Shown: one piece after another, positions 31,430 through 41,141 of the stretch
Position numbering within the stretch: the first letter of the stretch is position 1
Layout: each line of letters begins with the position of its first letter
Position numbers and translations under genes: made by a program
From: Nitriliruptoraceae bacterium
GTDB lineage: Bacteria > Actinomycetota > Nitriliruptoria > Nitriliruptorales > Nitriliruptoraceae
DNA length: 64,000 bases
Assembly: GCA_003561535.1 (NCBI GenBank)
Contig: PWWI01000002.1
Location: forward strand, 43-64,042
Direction: 5' to 3'
The notes under the pieces: model-generated
Databases searched by the model: none
Seen by the model: only the letters and a program-made list of their open reading frames with translations
Told to the model about the DNA's origin: nothing

Positions 31430-32679
31430 GCGGTTGGGATGAGGGGCCCGTCGGCGTCGTGTCGTCCGCGGGTTCGCCCTCGCAGCCGGATCATCGCGGT
31501 GATCTTGGGGGCGGCGCGGGAGCCGACCCCTGGGGCGAGGTGATCGGACAACCCGTCGCTGTCACCGCCGTGCGCGCTGCCCTCGCCCGCGACGAGGTCG
31601 CGCATGCGTGGCTGCTGATCGGTCCTCGCGAGGTCGGTCAGTCGGAGCTCACCCGTGCTCTCGGCGCGGCGTTGAACTGCCCCGAGCCCCCCGCGCCCGA
31701 TACCGGCTGCGGTCGTTGCGCCACCTGCGCCCGCATCCTGCGTGGCACGCACCCCGCGGTGGTCGACCTCGAGCCGGAGGGGGCGGGGCACGTGGTCGCT
31801 GATGTCCGGGAGGACTGGATCCCCTCGGCCTCGCGGTCGATGACCGAGGGGCGTCGTCGGGTGCTCCGCATCGTCGCTGCCGACCGGATGAACGAAGCAG
31901 CGCAGAACGCGTTCCTCAAGGTGCTGGAGGAGCCGCCGGCGTCGGTGCTCTGGGTCCTCGATGCCGAGGACGAGGGCTCGCTGCTCGAGACCGTCGTGTC
32001 CCGCTGCCGACGGTTGGACCTCGTGCCCTGGGGGCCGACAGCCCTGCTCGAACTCGCCGAACGGCTGTCGATCCCCGAGGCGCAGCGGGCAGCCCTGGCC
32101 CGGGCAGCCAGCGGTTCACCCCAGCGGTTGCGCGCGCTGGCGGACCCGGAGGTGGCGGCGGCCCGCGAGCGCCACCTCGGCGTCATCGACCGGCTGGCGA
32201 CGGCGGGCCCGGGCGCCGTGGTCCCCGTGGCGAAGGAGCTGTCGGCCTGGGCGAAGGGCCGTGCTGCCGCGGTCAAGGCCAAGCATGCCGAGGAGCTCGC
32301 GGATCTCGAGGCGGCGTTCGGTGTCGACGGTGGCAGGGGCTGGCCCTCGGGAGTGAAGGGGCGGGTGACCCGCCGCTTCGAGCGCGCTGAGCGTCAGGCC
32401 CAGCGCCAGGCGCTCGACCTCCTGCTCGACGATCTCGCGGCCTACCTGCGGGACCTGATCGCGGTGGCCAGCGGCGCTCCAGGCAGCTCGCTCGTCAACC
32501 TCGATGCGGAAGCGGAGCTGCGGCGGGACGCCGAGCGGCTCCCGGTGCGCGACGCCGTGGAGGCCCTCGCCGCGGTCGCTGCGTGCCGGGAGGCTCTGGA
32601 CCGCAACGGCAGCGCTGAACTACAGCTGGAGCGGCTGCTGTTCCGCATCGCGCTCCCGATCTACGCCGCTGCGGCCTGA
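31426..32679 (+). CDS. holB: DNA polymerase III subunit delta'
   Basis: HAWLLIGPREVGQSELTRALGAALNCP...CGRCATCARILRGTHPAV, then NAFLKVLEEPP and SRCR. GTGA overlap with tmk. Confidence 0.85.
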   Translation: MSGWDEGPVGVVSSAGSPSQPDHRGDLGGGAGADPWGEVIGQPVAVTAVRAALARDEVAHAWLLIGPREVGQSELTRALGAALNCPEPPAPDTGCGRCATCARILRGTHPAVVDLEPEGAGHVVADVREDWIPSASRSMTEGRRRVLRIVAADRMNEAAQNAFLKVLEEPPASVLWVLDAEDEGSLLETVVSRCRRLDLVPWGPTALLELAERLSIPEAQRAALARAASGSPQRLRALADPEVAAARERHLGVIDRLATAGPGAVVPVAKELSAWAKGRAAAVKAKHAEELADLEAAFGVDGGRGWPSGVKGRVTRRFERAERQAQRQALDLLLDDLAAYLRDLIAVASGAPGSSLVNLDAEAELRRDAERLPVRDAVEALAAVAACREALDRNGSAELQLERLLFRIALPIYAAAA

Positions 32680-32693
32680 GCTCCACGGCTCGC

Positions 32694-32798
32694 GTGATCG
32701 TGAGCGCATGGGGCCGCGCGACCGTGTGAGCGTGGGGCCGTGGGACCTTCGGGCCCTGCGACCGTCGGAGCGTCGGGCCGTGGGACCTTGGGACCGCG
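32694..32798. repeat. Degenerate ~30-bp repeats (g[a/t]gcg..ggggccgtgggacctt)
   Basis: Begins about 15 nt after the holB stop. Confidence 0.6.
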
Positions 32799-32872
32799 GT
32801 GCTGATCTCCGCGGTCGTCGTCGCGTCACCACCGCACCCCGCTGGAGGTACCGGCTGCCCCACGCCCGGCGG

Positions 32873-33004
32873 CCTGCCAGTCCACGCCCGGCGTCCTGCC
32901 AGTCCGCGACCGGTGCCCTGCCAGTCGACGCCCAGCGCCCTGCCAGTCGACGCCCAGCGCCCTGCCAGTCGACGCCCAGCGCCCTGCCAGTCCGCGACGG
33001 GCGC
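32873..33004. repeat. 22-bp tandem repeat x6 (cctgccagtcgacgcccagcgc)
   Basis: Three central copies are identical. The period is not a multiple of 3. Confidence 0.88.
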
Positions 33005-33205
33005 TCGGGCACTCCACGCCCACCGCTCCGCTACTCAACGCGCGGGGACGAGAAGGCGCGGCACCCGGACGTCCGCGCATGACGGAACGCCACCACGCCC
33101 GATGCGATGTGGTGGTAGGAGTTGTGGATAGGGGCCGTGCGATGTGGCGGGCGATGTGGTGGGCGGTGTGCTGGGTCTGGGTGCGAGCCGAGCTATCCGC
33201 GCAAC

Positions 33206-34978
33206 TCAGGGATCCGCATGCGCGGGAGGTACGCCGGTTCCGTCTTCGAAGATCGGGAGGGCTGGCTGCTGATCGGACGACCGTCGATGGTCGGACCGCT
33301 GCTCCGGCGTCCCATGCCGGTCGAGGGATCGGTCCCTGGGTGGACCGCCTGCGGAAGACGGTGGCTCGGGAGGATCGTTGGCACCGTCGACGGTCTGGTC
33401 CGTTGGGTGCCCAGGAGCGCGCTGATCGAAGGCGCTCGCAGCGCGTGGTGAGCGATCGTCGGGATCGCGTTCGATGGCTGCTGCAGGCCCGGTGGCGGTG
33501 GCTCCGCGTGCACCCTTGTCCCGTGTGTACGTCACCTCGCTGCCGGTGATCCTGATCCGCCAGCCGCCGAGGTCGAAGCGACGGTGGTGACGGCGGCACA
33601 GGAGCGCAGCATTGGCGGGTGACAACCGTCCCCCGTCGGTGAACGCCATCTTGCCGTGCGCGACGTCGCACCAAGATGCTGGGGCATCGCAGCCGTCCCA
33701 GGTGCAGCCGCCGTCCCGAGCGACCAACACGCGCCACAAGCCCGCCGGCACGGTGCGCACTGCGGCCGATGCCTCGATGGGCGTGCTGTCCGGGCCGAGT
33801 AGGACACGGCCCCAGGTGCAGTCGGCCAGAAGGGTGCGGAGCTGGCCCAGGGTCACGGGCTGGCCCGAGCCGAGATGGGCGATCCCGTGGTCGCCGAGCT
33901 CGAGTTGGTCAGCCGTCATGGTGATGATCACGTGGGGGCGGACGCCGTGGCGTGTGGGGGCCTCGCCCGTTCTGAGCGCGGCGGCACAGAGCTGCTCGAA
34001 GGCGTCGGCGGAGCGTTGTTCGGGTGATCGGTGTTCGCCCGGGGTGTCGGGCCGACGGAAGGCGTCCATCGCGGTCCGCGCGGTCTCGGCCATCACGCCG
34101 TAGAGCAGCCCGGAGAAGGCGAAGCCGCCGTCGGGGGTGTCGTAACTGCGGACCCGTCGTTGGAGATGCTCTCGTCGTGCGACCTGGTCCGCGTTGGCGG
34201 GTGCTTCCCGCACCATCATCTCTCGGGCGTGTTTGCCGAACATGGTCGGGTTGCTCCGTCGGGCGATCTCGATGAGTTCGGCTTCCGCTGTCTCACGGCG
34301 TTCCGGCGGAAGTGCGCGGAGCGTGTCACCGATCAACCGCACGTGCTCGGCCGAGATCGCTCCATCGGCGAAGCTGGCACCGGTGCGTCGGTGCTCATCG
34401 GCGATGTGCCCCGCAGCGGCGTCACGCTTGGTGTCGGCCGGTGTGCTGTTCGCGCGGTCGGCTAGCTGCCGTCGGAGGTCACGCTGGGACCTCGCCCGGT
34501 CGGCGGGATCGTCGATGGTCGCGGCGCGGCGACGTTCGAGCTCGGCGGTCAGCCTGGCGCGCTCGGCGCTGAGCCGAGCAACGGGCCGGCGCAGACGATC
34601 GAGGCGCTGCGTCAGGGCCTCATCCGGCATCGGGCCGAGGTCCGCTCCCACCACCTCGGCGACTGAGCGATCGAGGCCGTCGAACTCGGCGTTGGACGCG
34701 GTGTGGTCGTGGTGGGTCGACCCGCTCGCGCCACCGGTGGCCCCGTGGGTGGACCGATGGTCGGTGTCGTCAGGACCGTCAGGACTCACAGCCGGGTTGT
34801 CGGCGGGGTCGGAGGCCGCGGACCACCGGCCCGTTCGCTCCCTGGCGTGGACCGGCCACATCCGGGTGGTGGTCCGTTCATCCCCGTCGACCCGGTAGCG
34901 GCCAGTGGGCTCGCCTGCCATGGTCCAGCGACGTCGGGCGTCGGTGGCCGACAGGGCGACCGCTGTGGCGATGGTCAC
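33206..34978 (-). CDS. DUF222 / HNH endonuclease domain protein (REP13E12-like)
   Basis: DGGCTWDGCDAPASWCDVAHGKMAFTDGGRLSPANAALLCRRHHRRFDLGGW. GTG at 34978 follows GAAGGAG. 590 aa. Confidence 0.85.
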   Translation of the reverse strand: MTIATAVALSATDARRRWTMAGEPTGRYRVDGDERTTTRMWPVHARERTGRWSAASDPADNPAVSPDGPDDTDHRSTHGATGGASGSTHHDHTASNAEFDGLDRSVAEVVGADLGPMPDEALTQRLDRLRRPVARLSAERARLTAELERRRAATIDDPADRARSQRDLRRQLADRANSTPADTKRDAAAGHIADEHRRTGASFADGAISAEHVRLIGDTLRALPPERRETAEAELIEIARRSNPTMFGKHAREMMVREAPANADQVARREHLQRRVRSYDTPDGGFAFSGLLYGVMAETARTAMDAFRRPDTPGEHRSPEQRSADAFEQLCAAALRTGEAPTRHGVRPHVIITMTADQLELGDHGIAHLGSGQPVTLGQLRTLLADCTWGRVLLGPDSTPIEASAAVRTVPAGLWRVLVARDGGCTWDGCDAPASWCDVAHGKMAFTDGGRLSPANAALLCRRHHRRFDLGGWRIRITGSEVTYTRDKGARGATATGPAAAIERDPDDRSPRAASAFDQRAPGHPTDQTVDGANDPPEPPSSAGGPPRDRSLDRHGTPEQRSDHRRSSDQQPALPIFEDGTGVPPAHADP

Positions 34979-35082
34979 GGCCGCTCCTTCTATCGGGCTG
35001 GTCTGGCGGTGAGGTCGGGGTGGCTACCTCGCGCCTCGCTTCTGAAGGGAGCGGCGAGGGAGTGGCGAGGTGCTGGAATGCG

Positions 35083-35111
35083 ACGGTACTCGAACATGTG
35101 TTCGGATACAA
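35083..35111 (-). promoter_or_regulatory. LexA-type SOS box embedded in a promoter: TTGTAT-17 nt-TACCGT with TCGAACATGTGTTCGG in the spacer
   Basis: The 14-bp perfect palindrome CGAACATGTGTTCG (35091-35104) matches the actinobacterial TCGAAC-N4-GTTCGA consensus. It lies 105-133 nt upstream of the HNH start. By eye it is the only GAAC-N4-GTTC site in the window. Confidence 0.6.
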
Positions 35112-35261
35112 GAAGTCGACCGCACTTCTGCGCAGAGCGCACGAGTGGGTGCGATGTGAACGGCACTGGCGGACGGAGCTGTCCGTCCGGCGCCTGAGGT
35201 GTGCCTTTTGCGGCCCGTTGTCGCCGGCCCGCGACGGCAGCCGGCCCGGGGCCGTCGCGGG

Positions 35262-35392
35262 CTCGGGCTGGGAGGCAGGCGAGCGGGCTGGGAGGCAGGC
35301 GAGCCGGCTAGGGGGCAGGTGAGCGGGCTGGGAGGCAGGTGATCGGGCTGGGAGGCACGGGAACTGGTCGGGAGGCAGGCGAGCCGGCCGAC
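35262..35392. repeat. 20-bp tandem repeat x6-7 (gggctgggaggcaggcgagc)
   Basis: Units start at 35265, 35285, 35305, 35325, 35345 and 35365. It lies just 3' of the SRPBCC gene stop (35405). Confidence 0.85.
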
Positions 35393-35404
35393 AGCCCCGA
35401 GCCG

Positions 35405-35986
35405 TCAGCCGGGCGTGTGCCGAGGGAGGGGTTCACCGCCTGCGAGACGGGCCAGATCATCGCCGGCGCGTTCGAGCCGCGCCTGACCGCTCGACCGGGT
35501 GCCGCTGCGCAGGATCGGCTCCAGCGGTCGGAACAGCAGCGAGCGGATCGACAGCGACACGTCGTAGCACGACCGGCTGCCCTCGGGGTCCTCATCGACG
35601 GTGAACAAGCCACGGCCGCCCAGTGGCCCCTCAGACACCAGCACGTCGAGGCGGCTCGGCGCCGTCTGCTCGATCACCTCGAGGGTGGTGACCAGCGGGC
35701 GCAGCGGCGGTCGGGTCGAGAAGGTCAGTCGCGCCGCCGCCAGGGCCGGGCCCCTCGGTTCGAGGACCTCCACGTCGCTGATCGCAGGCCACCACTCAGG
35801 CCAGGTCGTCAGGTCGGTGAGCACCGCCCAGACCTCATGGACGCCGGCGGTGCTCCGCCAGCAGCCCTGGATCTCGATCGCTCCCACCCCCACCTCCTCG
35901 CACGGCAGCCGCACGCTAACGGTTCCGGCGCCGCCTGCCACCTCGACGTCGTCACCACCTCGCGAGCCGATCCCCGAACCGGCCAC
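35405..35986 (-). CDS. SRPBCC (polyketide cyclase/START-like) family protein
   Basis: VWAVLTDLTTWPEWWPAISDVEVL... is typical of this family. The start is uncertain. Confidence 0.7.
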   Translation of the reverse strand: MAGSGIGSRGGDDVEVAGGAGTVSVRLPCEEVGVGAIEIQGCWRSTAGVHEVWAVLTDLTTWPEWWPAISDVEVLEPRGPALAAARLTFSTRPPLRPLVTTLEVIEQTAPSRLDVLVSEGPLGGRGLFTVDEDPEGSRSCYDVSLSIRSLLFRPLEPILRSGTRSSGQARLERAGDDLARLAGGEPLPRHTPG

Positions 35987-36065
35987 CTCGGCGTCGCCGG
36001 AAGGAGCCCCGCCGCTGCCATCGTTCTGGGCCCGTGCGGCTGGCTCGCTACCCTTCCGCCGTCCT

Positions 36066-36138
36066 GCTGGAGTAGCTCAGTCGGTAGAGCAATCGCCTCG
36101 TAAGCGATAGGTCAGGGGTTCGAATCCCCTCTCCAGCT
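36066..36138 (+). tRNA. tRNA-Thr (anticodon CGU)
   Basis: Cloverleaf by hand. Acceptor GCTGGAG/CTCCAGC, D arm GCTC-AGTCGGTA-GAGC, anticodon arm ATCGC-CTCGTAA-GCGAT, T arm AGGGG-TTCGAAT-CCCCT, discriminator T. CCA is not encoded. Confidence 0.95.
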
Positions 36139-36374
36139 CCGAGCCCGGAGCGCGGGCCGGGAGCCTCGGTGCGGCGAGGTTTCCCACTGCCGCGTCCGGC
36201 GCTGCGTCGTGGTCGTCCTCGGCGCATCGCGTGGCAGCGCGCCACCGCGGCCGTCGGGTCGGGACCTCGGAAGGCATCGGCGATGGTGATCTCCGGATGT
36301 GTGGCATCGTGCTCCATCGAGCCACGGGTCGGTTGCATCCGCCTCGTAACCCCCGTCCGTGACCAGGAGTTCGG

Positions 36375-37415
36375 ATGACCTCGCCCGCACCCGTCGACGG
36401 TCCCGACCTGTTGCCATGGTCCATCCTCGACCTCGCTCCGGTCCACCGCGGAGAGACCACCGCCGTGGCCCTGGCGGGCACGGTCGACCTGGCCCAGCGC
36501 GCTGAGGCGCTCGGCTACCGGCGGGTCTGGTACGCCGAGCACCACAACATCCCGAGGATCGCCTCGGCGGCGACCAGCGTGCTGATCGCTCACGTCGCTG
36601 CCCACACCTCGACGATCCGGTTGGGGGCGGGTGGGATCATGCTGCCCAACCACGCGCCCCTCACGATCGCCGAGCAGTTCGGGACCCTGGCCAACCTCCA
36701 TCCGGGGCGTATCGACCTCGGGCTGGGGCGGGCGCCCGGGACCGACCAGCAGACGCTGCGTGCCCTGCGCCGGAGCCCAGCGGCCGCGGAGCGGTTCCCC
36801 GACGACGTCCTCGAGCTCCAGGGCTACCTCGCCGGCCGGTCCTTGGTGCCGGGCGTCGAGGCCGTGCCGGGTGCCGGCAGCTGCGTGCCGATCACGATCC
36901 TGGGCTCCTCGCTGTTCGGTGCGCGGCTCGCTGCTCAGCTCGGCCTGCCCTACGCCTTCGCCTCGCACTTCGCCCCGGCCGCGCTGCACCCGGCCGTCGA
37001 GGCCTACCGGAGCGGGTTCCAACCCTCTGCGGCCTGCGAGCGGCCCTACGTCATCGCGGGGATGAACGTGATCGCCGCCCCCACCGAGGAGGAGGCGCAG
37101 GAGCTGCTCCGTGGAGCCGCTCGGTCCCGGGCGAGGCTCGTGTTCGGCGGGCCTGGACGACCGTTGACGGATGAGGAGGCGGACGTGCTGCTGGACTCGC
37201 CTTCGGGGTCGCCGGCCTGGGAGATGCTGCGCTGCAGGGCGGTGGGCACGCCCGAGGAGGCGCGGCAGCGGCTCGGTCGGTTCGCGGCGGCAGCGGACGC
37301 CGACGAGGTCATGATCTCGTCCATCGCCCCCGAGCGCGCCGCAGCCCTGCGCACCATCGAGTTGCTCGCCGGTGCTGCGCGAGCGGCGAAGGATCGGGTT
37401 CCTGAGGCCCTCTGA
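36375..37415 (+). CDS. LLM-class (luciferase-like) flavin-dependent oxidoreductase
   Basis: [27 protein letters not shown] and [17 protein letters not shown] precedes the ATG. Confidence 0.88.
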   Translation: MTSPAPVDGPDLLPWSILDLAPVHRGETTAVALAGTVDLAQRAEALGYRRVWYAEHHNIPRIASAATSVLIAHVAAHTSTIRLGAGGIMLPNHAPLTIAEQFGTLANLHPGRIDLGLGRAPGTDQQTLRALRRSPAAAERFPDDVLELQGYLAGRSLVPGVEAVPGAGSCVPITILGSSLFGARLAAQLGLPYAFASHFAPAALHPAVEAYRSGFQPSAACERPYVIAGMNVIAAPTEEEAQELLRGAARSRARLVFGGPGRPLTDEEADVLLDSPSGSPAWEMLRCRAVGTPEEARQRLGRFAAAADADEVMISSIAPERAAALRTIELLAGAARAAKDRVPEAL

Positions 37416-37497
37416 GCCACCCGAGGCGCTTCGAGGCCACCCGAGGCGCTTCGAGGCCACCCGAGGCGCTTCGAGGCCACCCGAGGCGCTTCGAGTC
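37414..37497. repeat. 20-bp tandem repeat x4 (gccacccgaggcgcttcgag)
   Basis: Starts at the LLM stop codon. The copies are identical. Confidence 0.9.
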
Positions 37498-37773
37498 GGG
37501 GTCCCTGAAGCACTGCGAGGACCCTGAGGCACGTCGAGGCCCCCGATGTCACTGGGCCGTGCGCATCTCCCACCACCAAAGCCTCCGATCCGAGGCCAGT
37601 GCCCGGCGTTCACCGGGGCGAAGGTCCCGTACTCCAGGGGCATCGGTCACCGTTTCGGCGGCTGGGGACCTCGGGGGGAATGAGCTCGCGCTCCTGGTGC
37701 GTTCGTTGGTTGCGAGCGGGCGCCCCATGCCCCCACCGTCCCCACCACTCCCGACGAAGAGGTACCCCCCCCG

Positions 37774-38418
37774 ATGTCACAGGCAACCCAGGCTCCCAGC
37801 GCTCGAGCGGCGGCAGGCAGCGACGCCACCGCCGGCACGGTCTCGGAAGCGGCTGCGGTCAGCGCGACCGGCGACGACCGCGTCATCAACCGGCTCATCC
37901 GCACCTTCATCGGCGTCGCGGTCGCCGGGTGGGGTGCGAGCATGCTGCTCACCGCGATCCACTTCTGGGTGCTGCCGTTGCCCGTGGGGGCCGAGCCGCA
38001 GGGTGCGATCCAGGTGATCACCAGCCAGTGGGCCTACGTCGGCCCGATCCCGCTGGCCACGATCGGCGCCCTGTACTACATCGTGATGATCGCGGCCGGT
38101 GCCACCTGGTTGCACACCAAGGACGCGCGTCTGGAGCGGGCGCTGTTGCCGCTGACCTCGCTCGGGGTGCTGGCGTCGGCGGGCTTCGTCTACCTGCAAT
38201 TCGTGCCGATCGGTGCGATCTGCCCGTTCTGCATGGTGTCCGCGGCCGCGACCACCACCCTGTTGCTGCTCGAGGTGGTCGTCCGCCGGCGTGGCGGCGC
38301 CGCCGCTGCGCCGGTCGTGCCGGCGGTCCGGGTCTGGCCGGCGGCCTTCGTCGCCACCATGGCGGTGACGATGCTGGTCCTGTGGGCGATCCCGCAGCTG
38401 CCACTGCCGGGGAACTGA
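37774..38418 (+). CDS. VKOR-like (vitamin K epoxide reductase family) membrane protein
   Basis: SQWAYVGPIPLATIGALYY resembles the VKOR S-x-x-A...G-x-P-x-A..G..Y motif. CPFC (CxxC) lies in a late TM helix. There is no loop Cys pair. The start is uncertain. Confidence 0.6.
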   Translation: MSQATQAPSARAAAGSDATAGTVSEAAAVSATGDDRVINRLIRTFIGVAVAGWGASMLLTAIHFWVLPLPVGAEPQGAIQVITSQWAYVGPIPLATIGALYYIVMIAAGATWLHTKDARLERALLPLTSLGVLASAGFVYLQFVPIGAICPFCMVSAAATTTLLLLEVVVRRRGGAAAAPVVPAVRVWPAAFVATMAVTMLVLWAIPQLPLPGN

Positions 38419-38437
38419 GCCGCCCCTGACGATGCAG

Positions 38438-38498
38438 CACCGCGATCCGGCACGCGATCCGGCACGCGATACGGCACGCGATACGGCACCGGTACCGC
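38438..38498. repeat. 12-bp tandem repeat x~5 (cacgcgat[c/a]cgg)
   Basis: Begins 20 nt after the VKOR-like stop. Confidence 0.8.
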
Positions 38499-38636
38499 CC
38501 CGCGCCTCACGGCCGGGGCGGTACCGGTTCCGGGGCAGGTCCAGCTCGAGCGCCGGGGGTGCGCATCCTCGCCGCGACCGTGCTTGCCTGCACCCACCCC
38601 CATCTCAGCCGATCCAGCTCGCGGAGGAGCGTCGCC

Positions 38637-39110
38637 ATGCAGCTCGTGTCCGGCCCCTGGGACGCCGACCAGGTCACTCGCTGGCTCGAGGGTGCCCGCA
38701 TCCCCGTCAGGCTGTCGGTCCTGGCACCTCGCGGCCCGCTGGTCGTGTCCCTGTGGTACCGCTTCGACGGTGACGCGATCTGGTGTGCCACCCGCAGCGG
38801 GGCCGGTGTCGTCGCGCACGTCGGCTCGGATGCGCGCGTGGGTATCGAGGTGGCGCCCGATCTGCCGCCGTACCGCGGCGTGCGCGGGACCGGTCGCGCC
38901 GAGGTGGTGCCTGAGCGCGGAGCGGACACGCTGGAGCTCCTGCTCGACCGCTACCTCGATGCCGTCAACGAGCCCCTGGCCGACCAGCTCCGACGCAACG
39001 CCGACGACGAGGTGGCGCTGCGCATCGGTTCGCTGACCCTGACCAGCTGGGACTTCTCCCCGAGGATGCAGCCCCAGGAGCCCGCCGCGGTCCTCCCCGA
39101 CCTCGACTAG
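38637..39110 (+). CDS. Pyridoxamine 5'-phosphate oxidase-like (split-barrel flavin/deazaflavin-binding) family protein
   Basis: The size and pattern (PVRLSVL...GPLVVSLWYRFDGDAIWCAT...VGIEVA) fit this family. GGAGGAG lies 7 nt before ATG 38637. Confidence 0.65.
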   Translation: MQLVSGPWDADQVTRWLEGARIPVRLSVLAPRGPLVVSLWYRFDGDAIWCATRSGAGVVAHVGSDARVGIEVAPDLPPYRGVRGTGRAEVVPERGADTLELLLDRYLDAVNEPLADQLRRNADDEVALRIGSLTLTSWDFSPRMQPQEPAAVLPDLD

Positions 39111-39191
39111 CTGCCGAGCAACCTCCAGCTCCCGTCGTGCGTCGGGAGGGATGAAGGCGGCCGCAGGTGCCGCCGACCTGGAGGACGGACC

Positions 39192-39989
39192 ATGACCCGC
39201 TACCCACGCACGAGGATCTGGCTCCTCGCCATCGTGCTGCCCTTCGCGCTGCTCGCGGCGGCGTGTGGCGAAGCGATCGAACCGATCGACGGTGACGCAC
39301 CTGGTGGCACCGACGGCGAGGTGGAGGACGCTGCGGCGGTCGAGCCCACCACCGACGGGGACCTGACCGGCACCGACGACGCCGACGCAGCCGCGCTGGC
39401 CGAGGAGCAGCACGCCGAGGAGCAGCACGCCGAGGAGCAGCACGCCCAGGAGCAGGACGAGGTGGCAGGGGCCGTCGAGCCCGTCGGCGAGCAGCGCCAG
39501 ATCCTGTCCAGCGCGCCGGGCAACGACTGCTCAGCGTCCGGCCACCAGGTCACCCTCGTCCCGGCGCCCGACCTGCCCGACGAGGTCGCAGCCCTGCGGG
39601 TGTTGCTCATCGATGCTGCGCTGCGGTGCGACGAACAGCTGCTGCGTACCGCGATGGACGAGTCCGACGGCTTCAACGCCAGCTTCGGTGGCGAGGTGGA
39701 TGCGCTGGGTCTGTGGTGGACGCTCGAGGAGGCCGGCGAGCAACCGTTCCTCCGGATCGCCGAGGTGTTGGCGACCACACCGGGGGTCGTCGAGGGCAGC
39801 GACGGACCGATCCACGTCTGGCCGCGGGTCAGCACCGGCGCTCCTGAGCACACCACCGAGGCGGCGTGGTCCGAGGTGACCTGGATCGAGGACCTCGTTG
39901 CGGCCAAGGTGCAGGGTGACGGCTACCTCGACTGGCGGGCCGGTATCTCCGACGACGCCCAGTGGCGCTACTTCGTCCGCGGCGACTGA
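39192..39989 (+). CDS. Putative lipoprotein, function unknown
   Basis: LPFALLAAAC lipobox. Acidic linker with (EEQHA)x3 encoded by a 15-bp repeat at 39400-39447. Confidence 0.65.
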   Translation: MTRYPRTRIWLLAIVLPFALLAAACGEAIEPIDGDAPGGTDGEVEDAAAVEPTTDGDLTGTDDADAAALAEEQHAEEQHAEEQHAQEQDEVAGAVEPVGEQRQILSSAPGNDCSASGHQVTLVPAPDLPDEVAALRVLLIDAALRCDEQLLRTAMDESDGFNASFGGEVDALGLWWTLEEAGEQPFLRIAEVLATTPGVVEGSDGPIHVWPRVSTGAPEHTTEAAWSEVTWIEDLVAAKVQGDGYLDWRAGISDDAQWRYFVRGD

Positions 39990-40202
39990 CAGCTCGCGGT
40001 CGGCGGAGCCGCGCAGTCCCCGAGCCGGCGCCGTCCGCCGGCCGAAGCGGGGTTCGCGCTGTGATCTGCGGGCGATGCGTGCCACTCCTCCCGCCCACCT
40101 TTGGCAGCCTGCCCGGGAGCCCCGATACCTTCCCCGCCTTCCGCGCAGTGGCGCGGCAGGTGGAGCTCCCGCCATCGGTGGGACGAACCAGGAGGACGCG
40201 CC

Positions 40203-41141
40203 ATGGTGCGCAGGAACGTTCGACGGAGCGTGGCGGCGGTCGCTGCGCTCGCCCTGATCGCCGTGGCTTGTGGCGATGGGGACGCCGATGAGCCCGAGGT
40301 CGACGACACCGACGCCTCCGAAGAGGAGGCAGAGGACGACGCCGCCGACGACGCGATCGAGGATGGCGACGAGCAGGCCGCCGGCATCCCCGGCTGCGAG
40401 GTCGACACCTTGAACCTGATCGAGGAGGGCAACCTCACGGTCGGGACCGGCGACCCCGTGTTCCCACCTTGGATGCTTGACGACGATCCGGCTGGTGGCG
40501 AGGGCTTCGAGAACGGCCTGGTGTACGAGCTGGCCGCTGAGCTCGGCTTCGATGACGACGACGTCGTCTGGGTCGGTCAGACCTTCGAAGAGGCGATCGC
40601 TCCGGGAACCAAGCCCTACGACTTCGCGATCCAGCAGATCTCTGTGACCGAGGACCGACAGGAGATCGTCGACTTCTCGATGGTCTACTACCAGCCGGAC
40701 AAGGCCCTTCTCGCCCTGCCGGACTCGCCGGTGGTCGGCGCGACGACGCTCGAGGAGCTCGTCGACGCCAACTGGGGTGCCACGATCGGCACGACCGACC
40801 TCGACTACATCGAGAACATCATCGGTGCCGACGGTGTCGCGGTGTTCGACGACCAGGCCACGACCTTCCAGGCGCTGCTCGGTGGCAACATCGACGCGAC
40901 CGTCGTCGCCTTCCCGACCGCGCTGTTCGCCACGGCGGTGCAGATCCCAGAGGCCGACATCGTCGCCTCCCTGCCCGCCGATCCGAACGACACCGGCCAC
41001 GGCCTGCTGTTCGAGCAGGGCAACCCGCTGGTCGACTGCATCGACCAGGGTCTGGAGCGGATCATCGCTCGCGGTGTGGTCGACGACCTCGTCTCCGAGT
41101 ACCTGATCGGTGATGCGGACGTGGTGGAGATCACCGGGTGA
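40203..41141 (+). CDS. Amino-acid ABC transporter substrate-binding lipoprotein (SBP family 3)
   Basis: ALALIAVAC lipobox, acidic linker and PBPb-like core. GGAGG lies 7 nt before ATG 40203. Confidence 0.85.
   Translation: MVRRNVRRSVAAVAALALIAVACGDGDADEPEVDDTDASEEEAEDDAADDAIEDGDEQAAGIPGCEVDTLNLIEEGNLTVGTGDPVFPPWMLDDDPAGGEGFENGLVYELAAELGFDDDDVVWVGQTFEEAIAPGTKPYDFAIQQISVTEDRQEIVDFSMVYYQPDKALLALPDSPVVGATTLEELVDANWGATIGTTDLDYIENIIGADGVAVFDDQATTFQALLGGNIDATVVAFPTALFATAVQIPEADIVASLPADPNDTGHGLLFEQGNPLVDCIDQGLERIIARGVVDDLVSEYLIGDADVVEITG

Noticed and set aside
33206-38418. tRNA-Thr-associated genomic island or prophage remnant
   Set aside because: There is no integrase, recombinase or phage genes on either side. 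I noticed no direct repeat of the tRNA 3' end. The genes downstream are ordinary metabolic or membrane genes.
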